Shown: positions 6,930-15,698 of the stretch, piece after piece | How the letters are laid out: every line of letters begins with the position of its first letter | Position numbering within the stretch: position 1 is the first letter of the stretch | NCBI GenBank assembly: GCA_051746405.1 | Contig: JBNJFB010000052.1 | Location: forward strand, 1 to 15,698 | Source of the DNA: Campylobacterota bacterium | Lineage (GTDB): Bacteria; Campylobacterota; Campylobacteria; Campylobacterales; Arcobacteraceae | DNA: 15,698 bases | Reading direction: 5' to 3' | Notes under the pieces: generated by a model | What the model was told of the DNA's origin: nothing | What the model saw: only the letters and a program-made list of their open reading frames with translations | Database searches by the model: none | Translations under genes and position numbers: made by a program

Positions 6930-9030
6930 AACTCAACTCAACTCTTTGTTTCTCTAAATCAACACTTATAACTTTTACTTTTTCTAAGTTTTGATTTATA
7001 CTTAGAACCTCACTTGGGTGATTTATTCTTTTATTTGATATTTGTGAGATATGAAGTAGGGCGTCGTTTTTTAGTCCTATATCTATAAAAGCTCCAAAGT
7101 CTGTGATGTTTCTTACTATTCCACTTAAGATAAAACCTTCTTTTAACTCTTCTATTTTTGTTATATCACTTGCAAACTGTACTTGGTTGAAGTTTTCTCT
7201 TATATCAAAACCTGGTTTTTTAAGTTCTTGAATTATATCTTTTAGTTTTAGAGGTGTTGTGTTTAGCTCTTTTGACAATTGTTCTATTTGTGAATCTTTG
7301 ATATCTTCTACTTTATATGAAGCTTGAAGTTTTTTAGTTAGCTCATAATCTTCTGGGTGAATTGCTGTATTATCTAGGATTGATTTTCCTTTCTTTATTC
7401 TTAAAAATCCCACTGCTTGTATATATGCTTTTTGACCTACACCTTTTACTTTTAAAAGCTCTTCTTTGCTTGTAAATCTCTTTATTTTTTCTCTATGTTC
7501 TACTATATTTTTTGCCAGTTTTTCACTAATACCTGAGATAAAAGATAGCAGTTTATAAGAAGCTGAGTTTAAATCAACTCCCACTTTATTTACCAAATCA
7601 ACTGTAGTGTTTTCAAGTTTTTGGCTCAACTCTTTTTGATTTACATCGTGTTGATATTGACCAATTCCAAGTGATTTAGGGTCGATTTTTACAAGTGCTG
7701 CCATTGGGTCTCGCAGTCTTTGTGCTATTGATATAGCGCCTCTTATTGTTACATCTAAGTTTGGATACTCTTCTATGGCTATTTTTGAAGCTGAGTATAC
7801 ACTAGCACCTATTTCACTTACTATTGCATAGTTTATATCTAGATTATTCTCTTTTATAAGATTTGCTACAAATGTTGCTGTTTCTCTGGAAGCTGTTCCA
7901 TTTCCTATTGCTATTGCAGTTACATTGTATTTTTTTATGAACTTAAGCATAGTCTTTGTAGAGTTTATAGTATCTTGTTTAGGTTTTGTTGGATAAATCA
8001 CACTAGAGTCAAGAAAAACACCATTTTCATCTATTACTGCTAATTTACAGCCAGTTTTATACCCTGGGTCCATTCCTAAAATCACTTGATTTACAAGAGG
8101 TGCTGTTTGAAGCAGTTCTTTTAGGTTTTTCCCAAAAAGCTCTATAGCTTCACTACTGGCTTTCTCTTTTAAAGCTGCTATTGCTTCTCTTTTTAGACTT
8201 GGCAGAAGAAGTCTTTTAAGACCATCTTTGTAGCTTTCGAAAACTATATCTTTTGAGCTACTTGCCCATGAGGGTATTTTGTACTTTTTTATATTTTCTA
8301 ATATATAGTTTTCATCTATATTTACCTTGATACTTAGCTGCTTTTCATTGGCACCTCTTAATATAGCTAAAACCCTATGGGGTTTTATATATTTGATTTT
8401 CTCTTCTTTGTTTACAAAATTTGAGTAAACATCTGTATTATCAAAACTTTTTCCCTCCTTTATCTCTAAAGTAGCCCAATTAAAAATACTATTTCTAATA
8501 ATCTCTTTTGATTTATAGTCATCTGCATATCTTTGTGCAATAATATCTTTTGCACCATTTATTGCATCATTGACACTTTTTATATTTTTGTTTAAAAATT
8601 TTTTAGCCTTAGATTCACACTCACTCTTAGAGTATTTTAAACACTGAATTATATTAGCTAAAGGCTCTAAGCCATTTTTGATAGCCTCACTAGTTCTTGA
8701 TGACTTTTTGTTTTTAAAAGGTGCATAAATATCTTCACACTCCTGTAGAGTTTTTGCTTCATTTAGTTGTTTTTCTATTTTACTAGTTAAATGCTCTTTT
8801 TCTTTAAGAAGTTTTATAAGCTCTTCTTTTCTTAAAAGAAGTTTTTGTGAGTATTTGTATATCTCTTCAAAAACTCTTAACTCCTCATCACTTGCATTGT
8901 TTGTTAAATCTTTTCTGTATCTAGCAATAAAAGGAATTGTACATCCATCATCTAGTAGGTTTATAATATTTTTTATAACTTTTATATCAAGCATTGTTTT
9001 TTTATTTATTGTTACTATTAATTCTTCCAA
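6922..9030 (-). CDS. tex: Tex family transcriptional accessory protein (YqgF/HhH/S1)
   Basis: TIPFIARYRK, GMDPGYKTGCKLA, AIGNGTASRET, SEIGASVYSAS, GIGQYQHDV, HhH VKGVGQKA and C-terminal S1 (VRNITDFGAFIDIG). TTG start with GAGGA RBS. Confidence 0.96.
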   Translation of the reverse strand: MEELIVTINKKTMLDIKVIKNIINLLDDGCTIPFIARYRKDLTNNASDEELRVFEEIYKYSQKLLLRKEELIKLLKEKEHLTSKIEKQLNEAKTLQECEDIYAPFKNKKSSRTSEAIKNGLEPLANIIQCLKYSKSECESKAKKFLNKNIKSVNDAINGAKDIIAQRYADDYKSKEIIRNSIFNWATLEIKEGKSFDNTDVYSNFVNKEEKIKYIKPHRVLAILRGANEKQLSIKVNIDENYILENIKKYKIPSWASSSKDIVFESYKDGLKRLLLPSLKREAIAALKEKASSEAIELFGKNLKELLQTAPLVNQVILGMDPGYKTGCKLAVIDENGVFLDSSVIYPTKPKQDTINSTKTMLKFIKKYNVTAIAIGNGTASRETATFVANLIKENNLDINYAIVSEIGASVYSASKIAIEEYPNLDVTIRGAISIAQRLRDPMAALVKIDPKSLGIGQYQHDVNQKELSQKLENTTVDLVNKVGVDLNSASYKLLSFISGISEKLAKNIVEHREKIKRFTSKEELLKVKGVGQKAYIQAVGFLRIKKGKSILDNTAIHPEDYELTKKLQASYKVEDIKDSQIEQLSKELNTTPLKLKDIIQELKKPGFDIRENFNQVQFASDITKIEELKEGFILSGIVRNITDFGAFIDIGLKNDALLHISQISNKRINHPSEVLSINQNLEKVKVISVDLEKQRVELSLK

Positions 9031-9198
9031 ATATCTATTCCTCTTTGTAAATTATTGTTATAATTATATTAAAATATTAACTATTTCTTATTAAAGAGTT
9101 TATTATAATAAAAACTTATAATAACTGAATTATATATAATTATGTTTTAAGTTTATTGCAACTATAATAGAAACAATTATAAAAAAGGAGATAAAGTA

Positions 9199-9627
9199 AT
9201 GATTAAAAAGATTTCAAGTTTAATTATCGGTAGTATGTTTTTATTTAGTGTAAATGCTTTTGCAAGTGATGCAAAGGGATTAAATGTAATGTTAACTTCA
9301 AAAGTGCCACAAACTCAACAAATGGCTATGGTATTATCAATGATGACACTAAAAAAAGGTAAAAATGTAAACATGGTATTGTGTTCAGATGCGGGTGATT
9401 TAGCTATAAAAGGTAAAAAAAGTCCAGCTTTAAAGCCTATGGATAAATCACCTAAAATGATGTTACAAGCTATAATGAAAAAAGGAGCAAATGTTGAGAT
9501 TTGTCCTTTATATTTACCAAATGCAAACTTAAAAAAGAGCGATTTAATTGGTGGAATAACAGTTGCAAAACCACCTGTGGTTGCTGATAAACTACTAAAT
9601 AGTGATTACACCACATTAAGCTACTAA
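9199..9627 (+). CDS. Exported DsrE/DsrF-like family protein
   Basis: Sec signal peptide ending AFA; VLCSDAG and GANVEICPLY segments typical of the DsrE fold; AAGGAG RBS. Confidence 0.7.
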   Translation: MIKKISSLIIGSMFLFSVNAFASDAKGLNVMLTSKVPQTQQMAMVLSMMTLKKGKNVNMVLCSDAGDLAIKGKKSPALKPMDKSPKMMLQAIMKKGANVEICPLYLPNANLKKSDLIGGITVAKPPVVADKLLNSDYTTLSY

Positions 9628-9641
9628 ATTAAATAAACTTC

Positions 9642-9675
9642 ATTACTTATCATAGCATATGCTATGATGAGTAAT
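9642..9675 (+). terminator. Long palindrome, probable intrinsic terminator
   Basis: ATTACTTATCATAGCAT/ATGCTATGATGAGTAAT: 17-bp arms with one G-U pair, 14 nt after the stop, followed by CTTTC. Confidence 0.6.
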
Positions 9676-9753
9676 CTTTCATAAATAATCCATATTAAAA
9701 CAGTATAAATATAGTATAATATTTTAATTAACTTAAATTATGAAGGATAAGTA

Positions 9754-10785
9754 ATGCATGTTGCTTTTATAATAGAAAACTGGGATAATATAGAACCTTT
9801 AAAAAGTACTACATTAACTGTAATAAAAGAGTGTATGAAAAGAGGACACAAAGTATCGATTTTATATACAACAGATTTAACTGTGAGAAATAATATAGTT
9901 CATGGATTCTCAAAAAGTATTAAATTTGAAGGGAAAATTCCAGATTCTGTAGTATCCTTTTACAAGAAGTGTACTTTTGAAGTAAAACTAATGGAACTAC
10001 ACGCTTTTGATTGTATTATGATTAGAAAAGACCCTCCCATATCACCTTTGGTTTTTAACTTTTTAGATTCAGTAAAAAATGAAACATTGATAATAAATGA
10101 TGTGGATGGGATTAGAAAAGCTAATAATAAACTATATACCACAACTTTTCATGACCCATCAAATACCTACTTACCAAAAACACACGTATCAGGTAGTAAA
10201 AGATATATTAAAAAAATTATTGAAGAATCAGAAGAAGAAAAAATGATACTCAAACCTCTTGATGGTTCAGGTGGAAGAGGGATAATTGTCCTAGAAAAAA
10301 ATGCCACATCAAATATAAATTCACTACTTGACTTTTATATAGATGATTCTGGTGAAAACTATGTGATTTTACAAGAGTATATTCATGGAGCACAAGATGG
10401 TGATGTAAGAGTTATTATGCTTGATGGTAAAGCAATTGGAGCATATCATAGAAAGCCAGCTGATGGTGAACACAGAGCAAATATACAAACAGGTGGTACA
10501 GCACATAAATATACACTCTCAGAATCTCAAAGAAAAATATGCTCAAAAGTTGGAAAAAAATTAGTTTCAGATGGAATTTTATTTGCAGGTTTAGATATGA
10601 TAGGTGATAAAATCTTGGAGGTAAATGTTTTAAATCCAGGTGGAATTACAAATATAAATAAGCTATCAAAAACAAAACTACACATAAATGTTGTGGATTT
10701 GATAGAGGAAAAAGTTCATGAAAAGTATGAAAAAAGAGTTGAGTTAGAGCATTTATTAAAAAGATTAAATGAACTAAGAGAGTAA
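9754..10785 (+). CDS. gshB: Glutathione synthetase-like ATP-grasp ligase
   Basis: IMIRKDPP, ANNKLY, ILKPLDGSGGRGI, LQEYI..GDVRV, RANIQTGG, GLDMIG..LEVNVLNP. TATAAT at 9715-9720. Substrate is not certain. Confidence 0.8.
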   Translation: MHVAFIIENWDNIEPLKSTTLTVIKECMKRGHKVSILYTTDLTVRNNIVHGFSKSIKFEGKIPDSVVSFYKKCTFEVKLMELHAFDCIMIRKDPPISPLVFNFLDSVKNETLIINDVDGIRKANNKLYTTTFHDPSNTYLPKTHVSGSKRYIKKIIEESEEEKMILKPLDGSGGRGIIVLEKNATSNINSLLDFYIDDSGENYVILQEYIHGAQDGDVRVIMLDGKAIGAYHRKPADGEHRANIQTGGTAHKYTLSESQRKICSKVGKKLVSDGILFAGLDMIGDKILEVNVLNPGGITNINKLSKTKLHINVVDLIEEKVHEKYEKRVELEHLLKRLNELRE

Positions 10786-10805
10786 ATAAGTTTACTTATT
10801 TACTC
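10780..10805. terminator. Candidate bidirectional terminator hairpin
   Basis: Perfect 12-bp IR GAGTAAATAAGT-tt-ACTTATTTACTC containing both convergent stop codons. Confidence 0.6.
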
Positions 10806-11002
10806 AACAATATTTTATCAGCTAAAATAGCAAAATCTAGTTCCCTTAGTTTGTAAGTTAAAGATGATAACTCATTTAGTGTCATAGAATTATCTATCAT
10901 TATTTTTGCAGCACCTTGGTAATCTTGTTTATGTCTTACAAGCTCAACTATCTGCTTTGATAAATCTTTTCTTTGTGAATTAATATTATTATAAGAACTC
11001 AT
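10796..11002 (-). CDS. Small hypothetical helical protein (similar to 11769-11999)
   Basis: 68 aa, AGGA RBS, 12 nt after the oxygenase stop; aligns by eye with the 76-aa ORF. Confidence 0.7.
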   Translation of the reverse strand: MSSYNNINSQRKDLSKQIVELVRHKQDYQGAAKIMIDNSMTLNELSSLTYKLRELDFAILADKILLSK

Positions 11003-11014
11003 TTTTATGTCCTA

Positions 11015-11755
11015 TTAATTTAAAATAGCATCATGCCACTGAACAAGAGAGACTCTTCTTCCACTTTTTACTTTTTTTACTTCATGGCAAAAGAAGGGAT
11101 TACTTGGAAAAACAATAAGTTGTCCCATTTTAGGTCTTATTTTTACAACTTCTCTATTCTTATCAAACAAAAAATTAAAAACCAACTCTCCTCCATTAAA
11201 ACTATTTTCACCTGTACTCTTCTCATCATAGGAAGTTGTGAAAAGTACAGTTGTTAGTTTTCTATTTTTAGCTACAGGTTTAAATCCCACAAGTGCTTCT
11301 TTCTCATAAATCATACTAGAGTCATCACTATGAATAGCATAAAAGTAGTTTTCTAAATACTCTAAAGCTTGTAGTTTAGTAGATTTTGTCATACATAGAT
11401 TAAAATAGTTTTCAATTCTATTTTGATTTTGTTTAAATCTAGTGGTATAAATATCAATATATTTAGGGCTTATTTTATAAATAAATGTTTTTCTAATATC
11501 CTCATTTAAAGTCTCATCTGGAACTATATCTAAAGTTCTTAATGAAGCTTTTTGATAGTTTGAGCTTTTTTGTATATTTTTGTTTATAAGTAAGCACTCT
11601 TCTTGGCTTAAAAAATCATCAATTATTAAATAAGGGTAATCATAATAACAGTTTGGCAAAAGTTTGGTTTCAATATCTAAATTGAAAATAGAATCAGAGC
11701 AATAAATATTATTACTTATTTGAACTAACTTTCTATTAATAAAATCATTTTTCAT
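11015..11755 (-). CDS. 2OG-Fe(II) oxygenase (prolyl-4-hydroxylase/PKHD-like)
   Basis: IIDDFLSQEEC, HxD motif IHSDD, RKLTTVLF, FNGGELVF, distal His and 2OG-binding Arg in HEVKKVKSGRRVSLVQW. Confidence 0.88.
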   Translation of the reverse strand: MKNDFINRKLVQISNNIYCSDSIFNLDIETKLLPNCYYDYPYLIIDDFLSQEECLLINKNIQKSSNYQKASLRTLDIVPDETLNEDIRKTFIYKISPKYIDIYTTRFKQNQNRIENYFNLCMTKSTKLQALEYLENYFYAIHSDDSSMIYEKEALVGFKPVAKNRKLTTVLFTTSYDEKSTGENSFNGGELVFNFLFDKNREVVKIRPKMGQLIVFPSNPFFCHEVKKVKSGRRVSLVQWHDAILN

Positions 11756-11768
11756 TTTTATTTCTTTA

Positions 11769-11999
11769 TTATTTATTTGTTTTGATTAGGTAGTCTACAA
11801 AATCTATTAAGTTAACAAGTTTTAATCTTTGGGTTTTTAATATAATTTTTTCAAAATTAATATCTTTTTCTTTCATGATTTTTATTGCTAAATCATACTG
11901 TTTTGATTTAATATGTGAAACAACACTATAAATATCTAAAACTATAGGGTCATCTATAATGTAACCATCAATATATGTATTATTAAACATTATTGACAA
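11769..11999 (-). CDS. Small hypothetical helical protein (similar to 10796-11002)
   Basis: 76 aa, TTG start with AGGAG RBS; first gene of a tight minus-strand trio. Confidence 0.7.
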   Translation of the reverse strand: MSIMFNNTYIDGYIIDDPIVLDIYSVVSHIKSKQYDLAIKIMKEKDINFEKIILKTQRLKLVNLIDFVDYLIKTNK

Positions 12000-12190
12000 T
12001 TTAAAGCTCCTAATTTATATTTTATGCTTTTAAGATTGTGAAGTTAATAGTTAAAAGTTCATTTTCTTATTGCTAAAACATATTATATAAAATAAAATCA
12101 GAAAATAAGCTTATAAAAAACTTAAAAGATATGATAATATATACAAGTAATTTAATCAAGATTAAAGCTAATGAGTATTTTAGAAAAGTT

Positions 12191-12199
12191 TGTTATAAT
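12191..12199 (+). promoter_or_regulatory. Extended -10 promoter for the nitrite/sulfite reductase
   Basis: TG-T-TATAAT about 40 nt upstream of ATG 12238. Confidence 0.55.
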
Positions 12200-12237
12200 A
12201 TGAAATAGTATAAGTGCAATATCAAATAGGAGAAAAT

Positions 12238-13800
12238 ATGTCACAAAAAGAGTTGTCTGCTTTAGAAAAATTAAAAGCATCAAGAAATCCATTGAAAGTA
12301 ATAGATGATATGTATCAAGAAGCGAAGCAAGGGGTACCCCTAAAAGATGAGTATATAGGGCTTCTAAAGTGGTATGGTATGTATCCTCATATTAATAGTA
12401 ACAAAAGTGAAGATAAAGCATATTTTATGAAAAGAATAAAACTAGTTGATGCAAAAATGAATCAAAAGCAACTAGAAATAATGGCAAAAATAGGGCAAGA
12501 GTATGCAAAGGGATTAGTTGATTTTACAGATAGGCAAAATATACAGTTTCACTTTATTGAGATAAAAGATATACCTAAAATATTTGAGCTTTTAGAGTCT
12601 GTTGGTTTAACTTCAAAAATGGCTTCAGGAGATGGACCAAGACCTATTATGACATCGCCATTAGGTGGAATAGACCCAAATGAAATAATAGATGCAAGTA
12701 TAATTGCAAAAGAGATTGATGACTATTTTATTGAAAATGAAGATAGGTTTTGTAATTTTCCTAGAAAATATAAAATAGGTGTATCAGGTTGTTCTAAGCA
12801 TGCAGCTGCCCATGAAATTCAAGATGTTGCATTTACTGCTTTTAAGAATGAAAATGATGAGGTACTATTTGATTTGACTTTGGCAGGTGGACTCTCAAAA
12901 TCAAAGCAGATTGCATACAGAGCAAATAGATATGTAAAACCAAAGCAAGTAAAAGATGTGGCAGTTGTATGTGCAGAGATTTTTAGGGATAATGGTAATA
13001 GACACAATAGAAATAAAGCTAGAGTTAGACACTTAGTAAATGAGTGGGGATTAGAGAAGTTTGTAGATGAGATTGAAAAAAAGTTAGGATATAAACTACA
13101 AGAAGGTTTTGAAGAACCAACTATTACACCATTGCAAAATAGACATCACTTTGGTATACATAAAGCAAAAAATGACGGTGAGTCATATGTAGGATTTGCT
13201 ACAAATTCAGGAAGAGTTGCAGGTGATGATTTTAAAGCTATGAGTGAAATCTGTAAAAAATATAATGCAAATGGAATAGCACTTACATCAACACAAAACT
13301 TTATAGTGTATGGTATAAAAGATGAGGTTGCAAAAGATTTAGCTAATGAGTTTGATAACTTAGGATATCCATATAAACCATCCACTTTTAGAGCTAGGCT
13401 ACAGTCATGTACAGGAAAAGAGTTTTGTAAGTTTGGTATTACAGAGACAAAAGAGTATGCTAAGAAAATTGTAGTTGAATTAGAAGAGAAAAATAAAGAC
13501 TTTGATGAGCCTGTTATGATTGCAATCTCAGGATGTGGAAATGGATGTTCTCACCCACAAATTGCAGATATTGGACTTGTAGGTACAAAAGTAAGAGATG
13601 AAGATGGAAATAGAGTTGAGGGGTATGATGTTTTATTTGGTGGACACTTAGAGGGTGAAACTAAAAGTAAAATTGCACATAAAGCAGGTAAAAAAGTTCA
13701 AGCAACACAAGTTGTTGATTTTATTAGTGATTTAATTCTAGATTATAAAAATAATAATCAAGGCTATAACTCATTTAAAGATTATTTAAATATTATTTAA
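12238..13800 (+). CDS. Siroheme/[4Fe-4S] ferredoxin-dependent nitrite/sulfite reductase (NirA/Sir family)
   Basis: LKWYGMY, TDRQNIQFH, FPRKYKIGVSGC, RNKARVRHL; cluster ligands CTGKEFC and SGCGNGC. ATG 12238 with AGGAGA RBS is preferred over GTG 12214. Confidence 0.9.
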   Translation: MSQKELSALEKLKASRNPLKVIDDMYQEAKQGVPLKDEYIGLLKWYGMYPHINSNKSEDKAYFMKRIKLVDAKMNQKQLEIMAKIGQEYAKGLVDFTDRQNIQFHFIEIKDIPKIFELLESVGLTSKMASGDGPRPIMTSPLGGIDPNEIIDASIIAKEIDDYFIENEDRFCNFPRKYKIGVSGCSKHAAAHEIQDVAFTAFKNENDEVLFDLTLAGGLSKSKQIAYRANRYVKPKQVKDVAVVCAEIFRDNGNRHNRNKARVRHLVNEWGLEKFVDEIEKKLGYKLQEGFEEPTITPLQNRHHFGIHKAKNDGESYVGFATNSGRVAGDDFKAMSEICKKYNANGIALTSTQNFIVYGIKDEVAKDLANEFDNLGYPYKPSTFRARLQSCTGKEFCKFGITETKEYAKKIVVELEEKNKDFDEPVMIAISGCGNGCSHPQIADIGLVGTKVRDEDGNRVEGYDVLFGGHLEGETKSKIAHKAGKKVQATQVVDFISDLILDYKNNNQGYNSFKDYLNII

Positions 13801-13854
13801 CTAAAACATTAATATAATCATTTTACTTATACGCACAACTAAAGAGGCTAAAAT

Positions 13855-15030
13855 ATGAAAAAATATATGAAGTCAATTATTGCATCATTTTTAGTGATTT
13901 TAGCCTGTTTAGGTTTTGGAAGGTTCTCTTTTGGGATGATTTTACCAAACTTACAAGAGAGCCTTTATCTCTCCTCTACACAAGCAGGATTGATAGGAAC
14001 ATCAAATTTTATAGGATACTTTGTAGGTATCTTCTTTGCAAACTATCTATATAAAACCTTTGCAACCCATAGACTTATTTTTGCTACTATTTTATTGCAA
14101 GCATTTTTTATGTTTTTAATGACGCATACTAACAACTATCAAGTTATAGCATTTTTTTATTCATTAAGTGGCTTTTTCTCTGCTATATCAAATATTGCTA
14201 TTATGGCTTATATTGCAAGTGTTATTCCAAAAGAGATTCGAGGAAAAGCTCTTGGTATTATTGTAGGTGCAAGTGGTTTGGCAATTGTATTGACAGGACA
14301 AATAGTTCCTTTTACTGAAGATATAGTTGCTAATATGCCATGGAAAACAGCATGGACTATTTTTTGTGTGATTTTAGTGGTTGTAAGTTTTATTGCAAAA
14401 GCTGGAATAAAAAAGCATGCTTCTCATACTAGTAGTGGAAGTTTGAATTTTAAAACAAAAGAGTTTATAACAAATTCAGTGTTTTGGAAGATTGCTTTTA
14501 TATATATTGTATTTGGATTTACATACTCTATTTATGTTACTTTTTTTGTAAGTACTGTTATGGAAAAATATACTCTTTCTACGCATATTTCAGGTAACTT
14601 CTGGACACTTTTAGGATTTATGAGTATTTTTTCTGGATTTTTATTTGGAATATTTGCAGATAAAGTAGGGGCATATAAAACACTTATTGTAGCTTACTCT
14701 TTACAAGCCATAGCCCATGGAAGTTTAGCTTTTGAGTTTCCTTCTTTTATTATTTGGTTAAGTGTAATACTTTTTGGTATTTCTGTATGGAGTATTCCCT
14801 CTTTAGTGATTTTACTATGTTCATTGGAGTTTCATAGGGATAAAACATCAAAAGTTTTCTCTTTAGTAACAATACTCTTTGCTAGCTTTCAAGCTTTGGG
14901 ACCTTTTGTAGCAGGTATTACACATGATCTTACAAGTGACTACTCTAATATATTTTTAATAACTTCATTATTAGCTATGAGTACTGTTTTTATCTCTTTT
15001 GTCTTTTCAAAACAAAAAGTTAAACAGTAG
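13855..15030 (+). CDS. MFS transporter, YbfB/YjiJ family
   Basis: About 12 hydrophobic segments; LGFGRFSFGMILP, SNFIGYFVG, GIFADKVG, GPFVAG motifs. Confidence 0.85.
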   Translation: MKKYMKSIIASFLVILACLGFGRFSFGMILPNLQESLYLSSTQAGLIGTSNFIGYFVGIFFANYLYKTFATHRLIFATILLQAFFMFLMTHTNNYQVIAFFYSLSGFFSAISNIAIMAYIASVIPKEIRGKALGIIVGASGLAIVLTGQIVPFTEDIVANMPWKTAWTIFCVILVVVSFIAKAGIKKHASHTSSGSLNFKTKEFITNSVFWKIAFIYIVFGFTYSIYVTFFVSTVMEKYTLSTHISGNFWTLLGFMSIFSGFLFGIFADKVGAYKTLIVAYSLQAIAHGSLAFEFPSFIIWLSVILFGISVWSIPSLVILLCSLEFHRDKTSKVFSLVTILFASFQALGPFVAGITHDLTSDYSNIFLITSLLAMSTVFISFVFSKQKVKQ

Positions 15031-15099
15031 ATATTAAACATTTGGAATCTAAATTTATGTTACCATTGCGTACTAAATTAAGTAAAGAGGAAGTTTAAA

Positions 15100-15698
15100 A
15101 TGTTGTTGTATCTGAAAAAGTTTAAGAAGATTTTCATATTTAACAATAATGATGTTAATACTATAATGTATCTTTTTGCATCACTGTTTTTAGTAACTGC
15201 TGTGTATGATTACTTTTATATGAGTTATGAGGGGATGCACTCAGTTATTACAATGGTTTATTACAATGTAGTAACAGCTTCTACTGTGGGGTATGGGGAC
15301 TTTTCACCAACTACTTTAGAGGGCAAGATTTTAACATCTCTTTACATTCCTATTGCAATATCACTTTTTGCAGCTATATTATCCGTTGCTGGGTCGATAA
15401 TCTACGTTAGAAAAAATAGATATCATCATGGAGTTAAATACATAAACAGACATATAGATGTTTTGATAGTTGGAGGTGAAGAGGAGAAAGTTACAAATGT
15501 AATAAGAGAACTTTTAGCCATCAAAGTTAAAGTAGGTGTAGTAAACAACCTATATAAAACTATCCCGCACTACTACAAAAAAGAGGGTATCTACTGGGTA
15601 CAAGGCTCACCATCTTCAGATAATTCACTAGAGTTTTTTAACCATAATAAAATAGATACATACATTGTTTTAAGTGATAATGTAGATTGTGGAGTCTC
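15100..15698 (+). CDS. Two-TM potassium channel with RCK/TrkA-N-like domain (3' end outside window)
   Basis: Translated by hand from ATG 15100 (GAGGA RBS), open to the window end. Selectivity filter VTASTVGYGDFSP (TVGYGD at 15283-15300) between two TM helices, then Rossmann-like DVLIVGG..WVQGSP. Confidence 0.9.
   Translation, partial: MLLYLKKFKKIFIFNNNDVNTIMYLFASLFLVTAVYDYFYMSYEGMHSVITMVYYNVVTASTVGYGDFSPTTLEGKILTSLYIPIAISLFAAILSVAGSIIYVRKNRYHHGVKYINRHIDVLIVGGEEEKVTNVIRELLAIKVKVGVVNNLYKTIPHYYKKEGIYWVQGSPSSDNSLEFFNHNKIDTYIVLSDNVDCGV

Noticed and set aside
4400..6930. Target-site duplication or terminal inverted repeats around the cassette
   Set aside because: No convincing direct or inverted terminal repeat was found by eye, so it is not called as a mobile element.
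9099..9141. Palindromes TTTATTATAATAAA and AATTATATATAATT as Fur/PerR-type boxes
   Set aside because: Pure A/T in an extremely AT-rich spacer; cannot be distinguished from chance or divergent -10 boxes.
12331..12340. GGGGTACCCC palindrome or phase-variable tract
   Set aside because: Lies inside a coding region, and runs of only 4 are too short for slipped-strand variation.
8855..13385. Shadow ORFs 8855-9094, 9960-10142, 11033-11257, 12819-13007 and 13146-13385
   Set aside because: Antisense to well-supported genes, with F/S/L-rich shadow composition and no motifs.
1..15698. CRISPR array, tRNA or rRNA
   Set aside because: No regularly spaced repeats or recognisable structural RNA genes; intergenic gaps are short.

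Overview
This is an AT-rich bacterial chromosomal window; extended -10 TGnTATAAT promoters and gene content suggest Campylobacterota/Arcobacteraceae (inference). Most of it is housekeeping or metabolic. In order: thyA (5'-truncated), folA, SAM methyltransferase, GT-B glycosyltransferase, NUDT6-like Nudix hydrolase, RidA, Tex, secreted DsrE-like protein, GshB-like ATP-grasp ligase, a 2OG-Fe(II) oxygenase flanked by two small look-alike ORFs, siroheme nitrite/sulfite reductase, YbfB/YjiJ MFS transporter, and a 3'-truncated K+ channel missing from the ORF track. The standout is a very AT-rich ~2.5 kb cassette between ridA and tex (4434-6920). It has its own promoter, a structured ~110-nt non-coding leader, a stand-alone reverse transcriptase (YSDD) and an ABC-type ATPase-TOPRIM (OLD-like) gene. 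This is the architecture of a type I-B-like retron anti-phage system, here with divergent RT signature motifs and an ncRNA that has two competing folds. Other points of interest: a three-hairpin thyA-folA leader that can occlude the folA RBS, and inverted repeats overlapping stop codons at all three convergent gene junctions.
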